A stretch of 64,000 bases of DNA from Octopus sinensis (Eukaryota), in contig NC_042998.1 in NCBI RefSeq assembly GCF_006345805.1, positions 158,658,001 to 158,722,000 on the forward strand. Direction: 5' to 3'. Positions within the stretch are counted from its first letter, which is position 1. Every line of letters starts with the position of its first letter. The notes beneath the pieces are model-generated. The model saw nothing but the letters and a program-made list of their open reading frames with translations, ran no database searches and was not told the DNA's origin. Positions 48,649 to 63,455 of this stretch are shown in pieces. Both the position numbers and the translations under genes were made by a program.

Positions 48649-49140
48649 TATATATATATATACATACATGAATGCACATACACACACTGTTGCAAGCCAT
48701 GTTTTCGATCCAGTAATAGTACGTATAACTACATCTGACTATTTGACATCAAATTGTGATTATGTAATTTGCATTATGCACCTATCATCAATTATGTTAA
48801 TGGAACATATGTAAGTTTTAGTTTATATGTATGATAGTAAAAAATGACACTGGTGGACGAGAAAAAGAAATATACTGACAACAGGAAACAAACACACAAA
48901 GAACATAGGCACGCCCACCCCTCATCAGTAATGGAGCAAAAATCATTACAATTTTATGACCTTATACTGTTCTTTTTGGTCAACAGCAAGAGAAAGGGAA
49001 AATATATAGTACGAATAAGTAAACAGTAACAAAATTATAAACAACAGAACTATTTGTATTCATTGAAGATCATTTCCCTATACAACAGGATTCTGACAAG
49101 ACATGTGAGAAATTAACGCTAATAGGAAAGAATTTTGATC

Positions 49141-49251
49141 GGCCCACGGCTATAGTAGAAAACACTTGCCCAAGGTGCCACACAATGGGACTGAACCCGG
49201 AACCATATGGTTGGTAAGCAACCTACTTACCACACAGCCACTCCTGCGCCT
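49141..49251 (-). mobile_element. SINE 5' head fragment
   Basis: Reverse complement aggcgcaggagtggctgtgtggtaagtagg..ggttccgggttcagtcc. Confidence 0.7.
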
Positions 49252-50560
49252 ACATGGGAACGAGAATGGGCCCTGACTATGCAAACCTGTTCGTTGGTTA
49301 CGTTGAAGCCCAAATATTTTCAAGATTCAGTGGTCCCACTCCCGAACCATACGGTCGTTATATTGATGACTGTATCGATGCGACCTCACTCTCCCGCGAA
49401 CAACTACACTCCCTCCTCTCTTTTGTCCAATCCTTCCATCCTGCCCTCGAATTCTGCTGCACCATTTCCAACACTTCCGTCGCCTTTATCGACATTTCAA
49501 TCAACATACACAACTTCGCTCTCACTAGCTCCATCCACTATAAACACACCGACTCACACTCATACCTGAACATCTCCTGCTCCCACCCTACCCACACCAA
49601 GCTCTCCATTCCCTACTCCTAATTCCTCCGTCTGTGCAGGCTCTGCAGTGACAACCATGACCTTGAGACTCAGTCTCAACTCATGGCTCGCAACTTCATC
49701 CTTGGTGGGTACCCCCTCACCACTACCCACACCGCACGTTCCGTAGACCGTGCATCTCCTCTTTCTCCTCGCACCCGATCCGCCGTTGCCCGTCTCCCGT
49801 TTCCCCTCACCTCCGCCTTTCCACTCTGCCCCTCCAGCGCACCATTCTCCGAGCCCTCCGGCGACTCCAGTTCTACTCCTCCACTACGCAATCTTCCCCA
49901 ACCTACCCATTCAATCCTTCAAATGAGCCCACAACCTACATGACCACCCGGTCCACAGTTTCTTCCCTGCTTCCACCTCCCAATCTGGCTCGTTCCTCTG
50001 CTCCCGCCCACACTGTCGCACTTGCCCCTACTCTCCAAAACCACCATCCTCACAGGCACCCATCATCCTCCCTATTATATCACTGACTCCTTTACCTACA
50101 CTTCTAGCAACGTTATTTACTGCATCTCCTGCTCCTTCTGCCCTTCTCTGTACATCGGCCAAACGGGACACCGCTTGGTTGACTGGTTTGTGGAGCACCT
50201 ACGAGACATTAGACTTGGCAATAGCATCCCGGTCTCGCGCCATTTCCGCTCTACCAGTCAGACAGTACAACACCTGTTTGTGTTCGGATTGTCTCTGTCT
50301 GGGGCCATCCAGACTCCTGCCTTCGCCGAGAACAGGAATTAATCTTCTCTCTTCGCTCCTTTGCACCGCTGCGTTCAGCTCCCCTGCCCTCTTCATCTGA
50401 TTCCATTCCTCTCCTCTCTACTTCTGACACCTACTTCCTCTCTTCACTATTACCCACTTCTCTCTCCTCTGTTGCCCTGACGCATACTTTCTCTCTTCGC
50501 TCCTACCCACCTTCTTCATTCATTGATACCCCCCTCAATCCACACCCACCCCACACATCT
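49252..50560 (+). mobile_element. Degenerate Neptune-type PLE (RT C-half + GIY-YIG)
   Basis: MGTRMGPDYANL, YGRYIDDC, SNVIYCISCSFC..YIGQTG; stops and frameshifts; collinear with 11398-12600. Confidence 0.88.
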
Positions 50561-50629
50561 CACTCACACGTAAGTTTCAAATATATATATATGTAGTATA
50601 TATATATATATACATATATATATACATGT

Positions 50630-50731
<102 letters not shown>

Positions 50732-50876
50732 TGAGAGATACATAGGTATAGATATATATTTCTGCGCATACAATGTAAGATTATCTGTACCGAAATCTAA
50801 GTTATGCATAGTAAATATAACCACTTAGAGAATACCCATGTCATACATACTCATCTCGATTTATGTAGAGCTGTGC

Positions 50877-50916
<40 letters not shown>

Positions 50917-52239
50917 GTGTGCATTTATGTATGCACGTGTTTTGTTTATATCGGCTTTAAGTACAAAAAATATATTGCTTCTTTTTTTTCTTGCTTCTCA
51001 AAATATCACATTATACAAAATTTAGAAAGAAATAACGTTTTTTTAGTATATATTGATGAAGGTTGAATAAGAAGAGTAAAGGAACAGGAGGGGGGAAGAA
51101 AAGGCGGAGGGGATGAAGAAGAAGGAGGAAGAGAAGGTATGTGGTAGTGGGTTGAAGAGAAGTGAGAAAAGGCAAAGAAAAAATGTTGGGTTAAAGAGAA
51201 ATTAGCTATAGAGATAGTCACGAATTACAAGTGCAAGTCTTTTATTTTTTGTTTTTCTATCTTTTCCATATATTTTGTAAGTTTAAACCAAAGTGGAACT
51301 CGTCAACATATACATTTGAAACAGTCTAATACAGATTCTTAACATAAGAGAGAGAGCCACGTATTTCGATAGCATGAGCATTGTAGGAAAGGGGACAATT
51401 ATTTAGCCGATTTAATCGACCCCTGTACTTCAATGGGTTTAATGTTAAGTTGAAGTTCAGCGAGATTTGAACTCGGAACGTAAATGTATGTTACAAAATA
51501 CGGTAAATTATTTCACGTTTCTTTCTACTTATTCCTACAATATTACCGTAATAATTGATTCTAACATAATTTTACAAAGCCGGGTATTTAGGGGGCGGTG
51601 TTTTGTCGACGATATCATCCTAGGACTTCGCTAGTACTTTGCTTTATCGACCTCAAATAAAAGTGAAAGATGACTTCGATGTGATTTGATTTCCATATGC
51701 CGTATGCATTTTGTTGGAGGTTCTAAGAATTTTACCAGTCTAATAGGTCCAGAAATTTGGAATAAAGCAACAATGTACCCAAGTACTTGACTGTTACTTT
51801 ATTCTATCGATCACGGAGTGTTAAGCTGAAAAATTGATTCGGTGATATTTGAACCCAGAACTTCAAGAACTGTAACTATGTTTTAGATTGTATTCGACAC
51901 TCTAACCGATTTGTCTATTCGCTATCTATTTTCATTGCAATAATAATTGTTTCTAATTAAAGTACATGGTAAGCCATTCTGATAAATAATTAGGCGATTT
52001 GTGTGTAGGAACTTTGATGAGACACAGTCGAAATATTTAACATGGTTTTCAGCTCCTTTGGTGAAAGATACAAAATATCTCATGACCATACAGGAAAAAA
52101 AACCTATCTGAGAAACAATGTCTGTAAAGTATTGCCGAGAAAACTTTGGTTAGTTTTAGATATGGTTGAAAATGTGGTTCTTTAGATCAGATTGAAAAAT
52201 CTGTGATCAATGTGTCCTTCCATTTTTATGAGAGTATTA

Positions 52240-52900
52240 TGTCATCTGGATGGATTTAGCTGCTATTTCTGGCAGCCCTTGTGACCGCTTTGAGGTTTTC
52301 TTTCGTTGGCTGGCAGTCGAGAATGTTTTGTACAACAACTGCATCCTACGTGTGTGAGCAATGTGTCTAATTTTGGCATTGTAGATGGTAAGCACCTGAA
52401 GAGAGCCTAGGTGTCTCCTTGATCTGAAGAGAAAATTCCAGTCTTTCAAGGCAGTTTTTAACACCGTTGTATGCAAGATCACCATGAGAAAATCATCTGA
52501 GATTATGAGGACCGAAATTTGTAGGATGTCTGGGGGCTTTAGTCGTGAGTTTTTCGGAAATAAGCCAGTTCCTACAACATCCTTCATTCTATAGTATAGT
52601 TTGAAGAATAAAAGACTTTGATATCTCTGCTTTCGTGTGTCTTTTGTATGATAGAGGTGCGTTCATTCACGATTTTCACAGGAGAATGTTCAACTCTTGC
52701 TTAGATTTGCTGACATTTACTCCATTGAGATCCCTTATCTTTTGAGGAGTTGTAATTATTTGCACTCTGTGCTAGTCTAATATTTAATCAGCATAGAGGA
52801 GTTTCTGCAGTACGTCAAGAATACTTATTTAATTGTCATCAAAAATATCAGAAACGAATCAATCCAGTATGACTTCGTGCGCGATAGAAAAGTATTTAAT
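52240..52900 (-). mobile_element. Highly degenerate L2/CR1/Jockey-like LINE RT end
   Basis: LLYAD*, KTALKDWNFLFRSRRHLGSLQVLTIYNAKIR (resembles the LGFLFR..SQLLTLYKA.IRP thumb). Confidence 0.45.
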
Positions 52901-52969
52901 GACAGGTCCACTGGTCAAGAGCTAAAGACATGAATGGCACTCAGACCTCTCTTTCTTCTATAAAGAACG

Positions 52970-53337
52970 GTTCCAAATTTTGACTCAAGGTCAGCCAATT
53001 TATGGAAAGTGGTAAATCAGTTACATCGACCCCTATACACAACTAGTAATTTTATCAACCCCGAAATTATGAAAAGCAAAGTTGCCCTCGGCAGTACTTG
53101 AACTAAGTACGTATACAGTCGGAAGAAATACCGCTATGCATTTTATTTGATGCTGCAATAATTCTGCCTCTTCACTGCCGTTGATAATGGTTTCAAATTC
53201 TGGCACAAAGCCAGCAAGTTTGGGGAGAGGGTAAGTCAATTACGCCGACCCCAGTGCTCAAATGGTACTCATTTTATTGACCCCTAAAAGAATGGAAGGT
53301 AAAGTAGACCCGGCGGAAATTTGAACTCAGAACGTTA
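52970..53337 (-). mobile_element. Two adjacent degenerate SINE copies
   Basis: Same body as 8491-8700. Confidence 0.65.
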
Positions 53338-53516
53338 GTAATAAATAGTAATATCCCGTGTACCTGCGATAAGTACTCAATAACGTTCTGGCTTTTGCTC
53401 ATTTAGAATTAATTTAAATACATATTTCTATTAGAAAATGATAGAATAGTCATGACTAGAGATTCCAGTCATGAAGCAAACTTTAATATGAAGATCAGGC
53501 AACCACCATAATACCT

Positions 53517-53577
<61 letters not shown>

Positions 53578-53867
53578 TTCTCTCTCTCTCTCTCTCTCCC
53601 TTCATTCAATTTATCAAAGTCAGACTTCTTACACAGATACTATAGCATGCGTTGTTCTTATTTTGGTTCTTATGATTGTTTTTGCTTTCATTTCTTCGGG
53701 GTTTTTATATCCTCAGATATAGTCGTATTATACAGATTAGAGAAATAAGAATTTAGTTCCCAAGAAAACGAGGAAATAATGTCTTTATGTCGCACGATGC
53801 TAAGAGTATTGAGGAATATTCATTATCAATCCCGGACAGGGTTCTTTGTACGCAGTATAATAGAGAG

Positions 53868-53932
53868 CAAGAAGAAGAAGAAGAAGAAGAAGAAGAAGAA
53901 GAAGAAGAAGAAGAAGAAGAAGAAGAGAAGAA

Positions 53933-53979
<47 letters not shown>

Positions 53980-53980
53980 T
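53868..53980. repeat. (GAA)n microsatellite
   Basis: Direct reading. Confidence 0.95.
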
Positions 53981-54802
53981 CAGATAGAAGCTTAATTCTT
54001 GTAGAGCCCTAAGGATCGAGTTAGAGGAGTTATCTAAAACACACAGTTATCTTTTTCTCCTCTTTCTTTCTTTCTTTCTGTCTTTCTTTCTTTATTTATT
54101 TATTTATTTGTAACTCCATTTTCGGTCTTCTCTTCATTTATCAAGTTTTGAGTTGATTTCCTGAAAAGAAATCCCTTCTCAGTCATTTACAACTCCTGTG
54201 CCTACCACCAGTTATTAAGAATCAGTTGAGGATTGGTATTAATCAGCCTCAATATTCTCCTTGGATTTCAGAACACAGATACAGTCCGGCATCCACCAAC
54301 GCCCTCAGTGCAGCCGTCGCTACAGGCTTTTTCCTGCCAACATCCTCTGAGAATAGCAGGAAACGGTCACTTATTTATCATTGTCACATTATTTATCGTT
54401 CAATTTCCTTTACCCCCGCACTATTTTCTGTATAATCTCTTACTCTATCACTCCATCACCTTTTCCACAAACTGACACAAACATACTCTCTCTTTCTCTC
54501 TCTCTCTCTTCGCGCTCTCTCTCTCTCTCTCTCGCTCTATTTCTATCCGTTTTCATCTCTAATTCTCTCACACTCACTATCACTCTTTTCTGCGTCTCTC
54601 TCGCTCACTCGTTCTTTCTTTCTTCCTTCGTGGCTCTACGTTCTTTCCAACTGACATTTTTATTCTTCCACTCTCGCTCTTAACCTTCTTCGGTTATTCT
54701 CTCTTATTTCTATATAATCACTTTCATTATGCCCCTTCTTTTAACTCTTTCTATGTATGTATGTATGCATGTATCTATCTATCTGTCTGACTTTCTTTCT
54801 TT

Positions 54803-54842
<40 letters not shown>

Positions 54843-55167
54843 TTTTTTCTTCTTTCTTACTTTCTTTCTTTCTTTCTATTTTTAACTTCCTCTGTATTTT
54901 CATACTGTGTTTTCACATTTCTCCTCGGATATCTCTTCTTTTCCTTTGATATTCCTTCAATTCTAATCAACATCATGTCTTGTAAAGCAAAACTTTTATA
55001 TTAATAATAGTATTTCTTCAATAGCTTTTACGAATATTTTACATTTGGTTTGAGTAATATACACACACACATTATATATATATATATATATTTATACAAA
55101 CATATATATTCATATATAAATATATATATGTATATTTATTTATTTATTATATTATGTCATATATATA

Positions 55168-55226
<59 letters not shown>

Positions 55227-55902
55227 ATATGAAAACACACATCCCTGCAAAGAGGTACGCAGACTGACGCAGATACAAAAACGATGGAGGACCAAGAAAG
55301 TCAGGAGCGAAAGAGAGTGGAGTACACAAGTGTACTTTTTGGTATACACAAAACAGACGTGTGTGTATATGTGTGTGTGTGTGTGCGTGTGTGTGTGCGG
55401 ACATGTGGTTATATATGTAAATGCTTTCATGCACCTTACACATATCACGTATGGTCAGTATAATGATGCTGTAGAAATACAGGAAATGCTCTCTCTCTCA
55501 CACACACAGAGATAAGTTGCAATGCACGCTCCCAAATCAAGTCACTTGCCAAACAAGTATTGCTCCGAAATATACGTATATATAAAGTTTGGTCCTGAGC
55601 GTGTACATACGACCACATCATATTCGCGCACTGCTAATGACACTCGAAAATGTCTGGTCCTCTAATGAGAACGCTAAAATATTCTTTGACTCTCTGTGTT
55701 TCTCTCCATCTGTCTCTTTCTCTCTTTCTCTCCATGCTTCTGTATATATATATATAAAACTATCTTCTCTCTATCTCTCTCTTTGAATCTCCTATTTTGT
55801 TCCCCTTTATCTTTCACTTCTCATTTTCCCTTTCATTCTCCGTCTCTCTTTATCTCTCTATCTCTCTAACCATCTTTCTCTCTCTATCTCTCTAGCCATC
55901 TT

Positions 55903-55935
<33 letters not shown>

Positions 55936-56883
55936 CTATTTAACCCCTCTCTCTCCCTTTGTATTCCTTTTCTTCTCTCTCATTTTCTATGTTTTACTGT
56001 TTTTCCATTCCATTATCTCTCTTCTTTCCGTTTACCCTCTCACTTTCCCTTTCATTATCCTTCTGCCCTCTTTCTTTCGCTCTCTCACACACACGCACAC
56101 ACACACATACACACACACTCAAACGCAAGCTATACACGAACATACATTTGTCCTACTACTACGCGCTATTCTTTTTACAATGCAACTCAGATGCTACGTT
56201 TTGATTACTTTATTTGCAATTCTCCACTTCCTCTTAGCCTGCCTTGTTTTGTCAACAACAACGTCTCTTCTGCTTCCCAAGTAATTTTTTACGCTTTTGA
56301 TTTATTGGTTTTTACAATAAACAACGTTCATGTCCTTAAATCTGTAATCCCAGGACTCTACCCTCACAGAAAGACAAAATGTCTTCTTTCAAACATATTT
56401 GTAGTTTCAGACTATATAATAGTTTATATTAACGACTTCTAATTATGCCACAAGATCATAGATCTTTCGACGAAAGGCAGTCAAATTAATCGACAAAACT
56501 TGTTGGCTTTAAATATATTATCCATTCCTGGAATGATCAGAGAATTGCCGCGATTTGAAATTAGAGAGTTAAAGATCACTGCCTCGCAGACCCTTACACA
56601 TACATAGACACACATACACACGCACTCTTTCGAGCAGAGGTAGCCAACGTTGCCCGGAATTCAAATATATAGGAACTTCTGTTATATTATGTTTATTAAG
56701 CTTAAATGACCTCGTAATATATTCTGCACAGATATGCGGACATAGGAAGTAACTAGTTTGAGACACCAAGAGAGCAGGCACATGAAGTTTGTGCATGAAT
56801 ATTTCTCATTTAAAAAATCATATCTCCAAGACACGAACATACATACAGACATACACACATACACGCATACATGCATACATACA

Positions 56884-56995
<112 letters not shown>

Positions 56996-57031
56996 AAATA
57001 TATACATACAATATTAGATATGTACATATAT

Positions 57032-57712
57032 ACACAAGGGTACTACATGAGTACCTATATCGCTAATGATAGAAGTCAAAAAATACTTCTGTACCACCGA
57101 ATAGTCACAAATCTATTAGAGACAAGATAGGAAAAATATCAGTGAACAATAATAATGTCTTACTTCAAATGGGTCAGAACAAGTAAATACTGGTCAACTT
57201 GGTACCGGTTTCTAAATTTAGCGCCACCTAGGCGCGTGATTTCTCATCAGCCAAAGTCCGCCAGCTAAATTATTACTAACATGTAAAGCGTTATGTATAT
57301 GGCTGTAGAGTTGTGTAATAGATTAAGGACAGTGCATTTGTAACTTACATTATATTTTCTGCAATGGGTTTGTAAAGGGGAAGTGGGTTCCAGGAGAGCA
57401 ATTACAGTTAGGTGAATTTTGGGGAATGTATTCAGGAATAGAGGAGGTAATATCGTCAGACGAGAGGTTAGAGAAGGGGGAAGAAGTTTCTAGATTATTA
57501 GTATTAATTGTACTATTCGTAAGGGTGGTAGAGATTGTGGTGGTGTTCCAGGCAGTGTCAATAGGATGGGTTGGGTTGCGGTTGTGGTCTAATGTAAGGG
57601 TATCTGTGCTGAGCTGTGGGTGTGTTGAGTGTTCGTATAACTAGAGTTGTAATGATGTGAGCTTTGATGATAAAGAAAAAGCTTTTGCTTATTAGAGGCT
57701 GCTACAATAGAT
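57032..57712 (-). mobile_element. PLE-type 3' region / pseudo-LTR with hammerhead
   Basis: C-rich UTR, HHR at 57198-57255, ends in (TA)n. Confidence 0.6.
57198..57255 (-). ncRNA. Type I hammerhead ribozyme
   Basis: TTTGG CTGATGA gAAATcacGCGCCtaggtGGCGCtaaATTTa GAAAC CG GTA CCAAG; palindrome ACCGGT. Confidence 0.8.
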
Positions 57713-57744
57713 TCGAAGACAGACAGACAGACAGACAGATAGAC

Positions 57745-57805
<61 letters not shown>

Positions 57806-57806
57806 T

Positions 57807-57917
<111 letters not shown>

Positions 57918-58040
57918 TGGATATACATACATGCAATCTTTAGTCCTTTAGCAAAACCTTTCTAGATTTGTCCGATTTTTACCCCAAAGGTATTTGTGAG
58001 TTAGCCGGAACAGATATTTGTGTATATACATGAAATTCTC

Positions 58041-58091
<51 letters not shown>

Positions 58092-58169
58092 GTGTGTGTC
58101 TGTGTGTGTGTGTGTGTGCGTGTGTATTTGTATGTGTGTGTATGTATGTATACATACATACATATATAT

Positions 58170-58374
58170 TAGGCAAATAAGAAAATGGAGAGGATAATCA
58201 ATCGACAAACATCAGTCTGTAAACATTACAATCGTATTTATAAGTAATCAAAATAATCAAAATAATCAAAATGATTACTTATACATATGATTGTAATTAC
58301 TTGATAGTTCCAAATCAATGTTTACAGGCTGATGTTTGTCGATTGATTACCCTCTCTATTTTCTTATTTACCTT
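58170..58374. repeat. Nested foldback: ~58-bp outer arms and ~23-bp inner arms
   Basis: 58170-58227 / 58317-58374 and 58228-58250 / 58272-58294, around an (AAATAATCA) spacer. Confidence 0.85.
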
Positions 58375-59232
58375 ATAAACTTTGGGTAAATTTCTATTTT
58401 ACCCGCGCTCATACCTATTATTCAATTGCGATACTGCCCTGCAATAGCAGGCACTTGGATATAAATACGTAGGTATATACCCAGAAGTATATTGGATATT
58501 TATTATCCCTTAGATGGTTGCTTAACCTTTAACTCATGTAGACATATATATATATATATATATATATGCGTTATATCTCTACAGGGAATTATACTTAGTG
58601 AGATTGAGCTGGACAAGAATGTAATATCTTTCTGTGAAAATCTGGTTGACTTTGGAAATTTTACTTAGTTTTGAAGAATGATATATTTTTGTTCTTTCTA
58701 TTTGGTACTAACCTGATATTAACTTTCTCGATATTTTTATATTACAGAGCAATAAGATAATCCAATCTATTTTTATAAGAGCCAGGAGTAGCAAGAACAG
58801 AAACCGTTTCTGATTCAAATAGTTTTGATAAGATTCCAACTCTAAAATCGATACATAGATTCGGGATATATAGTCAACAAGTTCAATTCTATTTTATACG
58901 ACGACAGCATACAGATCAAGAAAGTTATCTGCTATCTTAATGTCGAGGTTAAAATGGCTATTCATGTGATGGCTAGCAATTTGTTTTGATGTATAGTGTG
59001 GCTTGGGATGTGGTGTGAAAAATTCTGTTGAGTGTAGAATAAGATGCTGTGCAATATTTAGTTGCATCTAAAGACACTCTGAGTTCAAATCCCTATGAAA
59101 GTAGCCATGAATTGCGTGCTTTCGGTGATGATAAAATAGGCAGTAGTCAAGAAATAGGATCGTTCTACTGTCTGTTCCTTGCCCATAAAATTATTTAACT
59201 TCGTCCCTATGTTAAAAATAATTTATTATTAG

Positions 59233-59435
59233 AAGGTGGCGAAAGGCGTTGAGCTGAAAGAAGCCAGGAAAAAATGCTTAGCAGCATTTAGTCCGACTTT
59301 AATTTCTGGGTTTCACAGAAGTCGACGACTTTACCTTTCATGCTTTTGGGGTCGATGAAATAAGTACCAAGGTCGATGTAATCGAACCATTCCCCACAAA
59401 AAATGTCAGGCTTTGTGCCTATAGTGAAAAGGATT
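59233..59435 (+). mobile_element. Degenerate SINE
   Basis: ttcatgcttttggggtcgatgaaataagtacc body. Confidence 0.6.
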
Positions 59436-60831
59436 AATAGAAGCTAGAGAATCGTTAAAGCATCAGTACATACTTTATAGTATTTCTTCCGGCTCTTAAT
59501 ATTTTGACTTCAAACACCGCTTAGGTAAAATTTGCATTTCATTCCTCCAAAATGGATAAAATAAAGTACCAGTTAAGTTTTGGATCACTGTAAGAAACTA
59601 ACTTCTTCCATCCGAAATTCCTGGTTTATGCCATAATATGAAGCAATTATAGCGAGAAGCTAGCAAATCATTAGCGCATCGGCTATAATGCCTCGCCCTA
59701 CTCCTTATTCAAGTCTATATCCTTAGTTTAGGTCATACTGTTATCAATAAAATAAGAACCAATCAAATAATAGGTTGACGTAGTTGACTACCCGCCTTCC
59801 ACCTTTCTGTTAGTTAAAAGTTACTCTGTAGAGGCCATGCTTTGCATAAAAAACTATAAACTAACACACAGGCTGATGATGGTGTCAAAATAATTTGAAC
59901 TTACACACACACACACACGAAATTATATTTGGTTGTAGGTGTTTGAGATCCCGTTATTCCCATTCAGGTTATAAAACATACCAAAATCCGAAGTGTTGGA
60001 AAGATTTAATTCACACAGGAAACTTTGTTTATCCGAGGAAATAGTGAAGCTCAAGAATATTAATAATATTTTCAGTGAATAATAAATCCATTTTTCTGTC
60101 ATATTAGATAATAATGATACGAAAATCTCCTAACATGATTAGTTACTGCAGACGATAAACAGACAGATAAGTATTAGGTTACAAACAGGAACCAAAGAAT
60201 GCAAACAGCACTCGTTTTACGACTAGTGCACAAGGAAAATATGTACACACAGGCGAGGTGTTTTAAGTTGATTTTTTTTTAATTGAAGATGGTTAACATG
60301 CGAACATAGTTTTGCTTAGAAAGACAAAATTTGCACGCACCTTTCTGCACATATCCACTGTAAAAAAAACAAATTAGAGAGTAGATTGGAAATTTGAGGA
60401 ATGAAGAAACTGAGAAAAAGCATCGCCGGTTCAGTAAAAGCTTAAACCTTTCTCTCAATAGTGATCTCTTATTTAGATGCAAATCCCTATATTTTTCCAA
60501 GTGAGAGGAAATATAACTACCAGTATCTCCAGAACCAATAACACAAGAAATTGTGTCAAGTACATGTGTGCTGGAAGGTCAATAAGAAGTGAGAGAAGTG
60601 GCGGTGAGAGCCTTTAGCTTGAATGAATAAATATATCTTACTTAACATATTAAGTACGTTTCCCTGTTTGAAATAATTTATGGAGTCGCAAGTTTCTTTT
60701 TCGAATTTACGAAAATTTGCTATATTACTACCTATCTGTTTTGAATATAAATGTGGAATTTATCGAGCGTTTTACAATAGAGAAATACATCTAACAAGAC
60801 TTATAATACGGAATATATATATATATATTAT

Positions 60832-60873
<42 letters not shown>

Positions 60874-60979
60874 ATATATATATATGCATATACATATAAT
60901 AATAATTTGAGGAGTATTATCCCTAACTTACAGGGAAAAATTCAATTTAGAAATTCAAAATCAAATTTTACAAAATAGG

Positions 60980-61012
<33 letters not shown>

Positions 61013-61202
61013 ATATATAAATTAGAAAAAACACCTTTTATCAATTCAAAATGAAAAATCAAATTACACCATCTAGAAAATTACATATAATAGAAATATT
61101 AAATATGAATAACAATGATATACCGATGATTAAGTAATGTGAAAAATAATAAATTGAACGTCTATATTTGGTAAAATATATATGTATATATGTATATATA
61201 TG

Positions 61203-61266
<64 letters not shown>

Positions 61267-63008
61267 GTTCATAGATGAGAATCAGATATTCTCTGTATAG
61301 AATACACTTTTGTAGTGTTCAAGAGATTTAAACTTGAGTGGATATAGAAGTTGATGTAAGGATAAGCAAGTTAGACAGGTCAATATATAAAGTATATTAA
61401 ATACATGAAATACAAAAATGCATATGTTTACATATAAAGAGCAGAAAAGAGAGGAAAGTAAACTAGGAGTTGCGTCCCTTGTATCCATAGAAATCAAAAT
61501 TAATCTAGCTAGAATAATTTAACAGTAGCGGGGCCAAAGTCTACGAGGCAGCTGCTCAAACTGGAGAGGGCGGGAGTCCTCCAGTCCGACAAAACAAATT
61601 TGTCGATGTGCTTACATTTGCTGAACATTTCGGTTCTGATTTAAATAGTATGATGGAATTCTTTAATCTAAAGGGAATGTGTGATATTTCAGCTACGCAT
61701 AGCTTGCATCCAAGACTTCCACTACACTACTTAAATTCCAGTTTCAAAATTTTCAACAAATGCAAGCACACAGGTATATTTTTCTTTTTCTTTTTGGAAC
61801 TGGAGGACAACACTCTTTCCACGCTGGACAGTTATCTCGCAGATTTTGGTTTCCTCATCCTTATATTATTCTTACCCCAGTTAGATTAATTAGGATTTTT
61901 ACAAAAAGGATTTAACTTTTGGTATTCTTTTTTTTTCATTTTTTTTGTTGCCTTTTCCGTATTTATTCACTCTTCGTCTTCTCCTTCCACATTTTCCATC
62001 AACCTTTGCGTATTTTCTCGAGATTACTCATGGACCAGCACCCTGGTTTTCAAATAGAAGTAATCGTTTGTACTGAGCTACAAAGATTGGTTGAAAACAC
62101 AAGGCACGTTATATAAATCTGCCGAATTATCGTGTCTCCATGCCATGAAACTGCTAGTGACTCTTATATGTTTCTCACTCCTCTCTCTCTCTCTCACTCT
62201 TTCTTTTTCTCTCTCTTTCTCTCTATCTCTTTCTCTTTCTCTCTCTCTCTCTTTCTTTTTCTCTCTCTTTCTCTCTCTCTTTCTTTTTCTCTCTCTCCCC
62301 CTCTCTCTCTCTCTCGATATATATATGTACATGCACATATATATGCATATACATAGTGTGTGAGTGTATAAGCACATATACACGTACGCACATACATACC
62401 TACACACACATATACATAGATACTTACGTGTGTTTGTGAGTGTGTGTGGAAAAGGCATGAATGTTGCACCTCCCATTTCACTTTATCTTTGTCCTTGATG
62501 AAGAGCAAGTGATATTACACGAACATGTTGTTATCGATTTTAGTTGAACCTATAACAACACCAGTTAAATTACTGTATTGATTTCGTTTGACTGACTGAC
62601 TCCGCCTATAAATATTTAAGAGATTATAGAAGTCAGCAGATATAAATAACGCTAGTTAAATATGTTGAAACCGCCGAGCTGAAAATAGGCGGGAATGTTG
62701 GAATAGTAACTTTAGAAGAAAGTTGGAGCAAAGGTGTGGCCAAAGAAATATAAATACACAAGAAAATGAACGAAACAAAATAAAATGAGATAAATTAAGA
62801 GAGAATACCATCAAGGAATAGATAAAATCATGGCATAGAATTGAAATTCAGCCTGACTCAGAATTACTTCCTATTTAGTGTGTTTGGTTGTGTTTGCTTG
62901 ATGTCAGAAAATAAACGTTTGAAAGTAAATTAAATGTTGTTGGATGAAATATGTGAATATGAACTAAATGTTGTGGTAGAAATTAATGATATGTAAAATA
63001 AAGGAAAG

Positions 63009-63455
63009 ACGGCTAGCTGGCCGAGTCGTTAGAGTATCGGGCAAAATGATTTGCGACATTTCTTCTAGTTCTTTACGCTTTGGGTTCGAATTCTGCCGAG
63101 ATAGACTTTGCCATTCGCATTTTCGAGGTCGATAAATTAAGTACCAGTGAAACACTGGGTTCGATGTAATCGGCTAGTCCCCTTCCCCCTAAATTTCAGG
63201 CCTTGTGTCTTTAGTAGAAAGGATATGTAAGATAAAAGAGGTAGCGAGCTGGCAGAATCGTTAGAGCGGCAAGTAAAATGTTTTGCGATATTTCTTCTAG
63301 CTCTTTCAGCTCTGAGTCCGAATTCCGCTGAGATCGACTTTGCCTTTCGTCCTTTCAGAATTGATGAATTAAACAATAGTTTAACAGTGGGATCGCTGTA
63401 ACTGACTTACCTCAACCCTTAAAATTACTGGCCTTGTGCCAAAATTTGAAACGTT
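63009..63455 (+). mobile_element. Tandem pair of tRNA-derived SINEs (63009-63225, 63237-63455)
   Basis: ggctagctggccgagtcgttag..gggttcgaattctgccgag and gcgagctggcagaatcgttag..gagtccgaattccgctgag heads. Confidence 0.8.

Noticed and set aside
48844-49029. 61-aa ORF / minus-strand CTGATGA
   Set aside because: Looks like the antisense of a decayed pLTR tail; no GAAA after the core.
57320-57650. Ser/Thr-rich minus-strand frame resembling a mucin exon
   Set aside because: Sits directly upstream of an HHR pLTR and matches the C/A-rich composition of PLE 3' UTRs.
61500-62160. Coding-like composition on the minus strand (KDEETKICEITVQRGKSVVLQFQK...)
   Set aside because: Multiple stops and no family recognised; needs a translated profile search.
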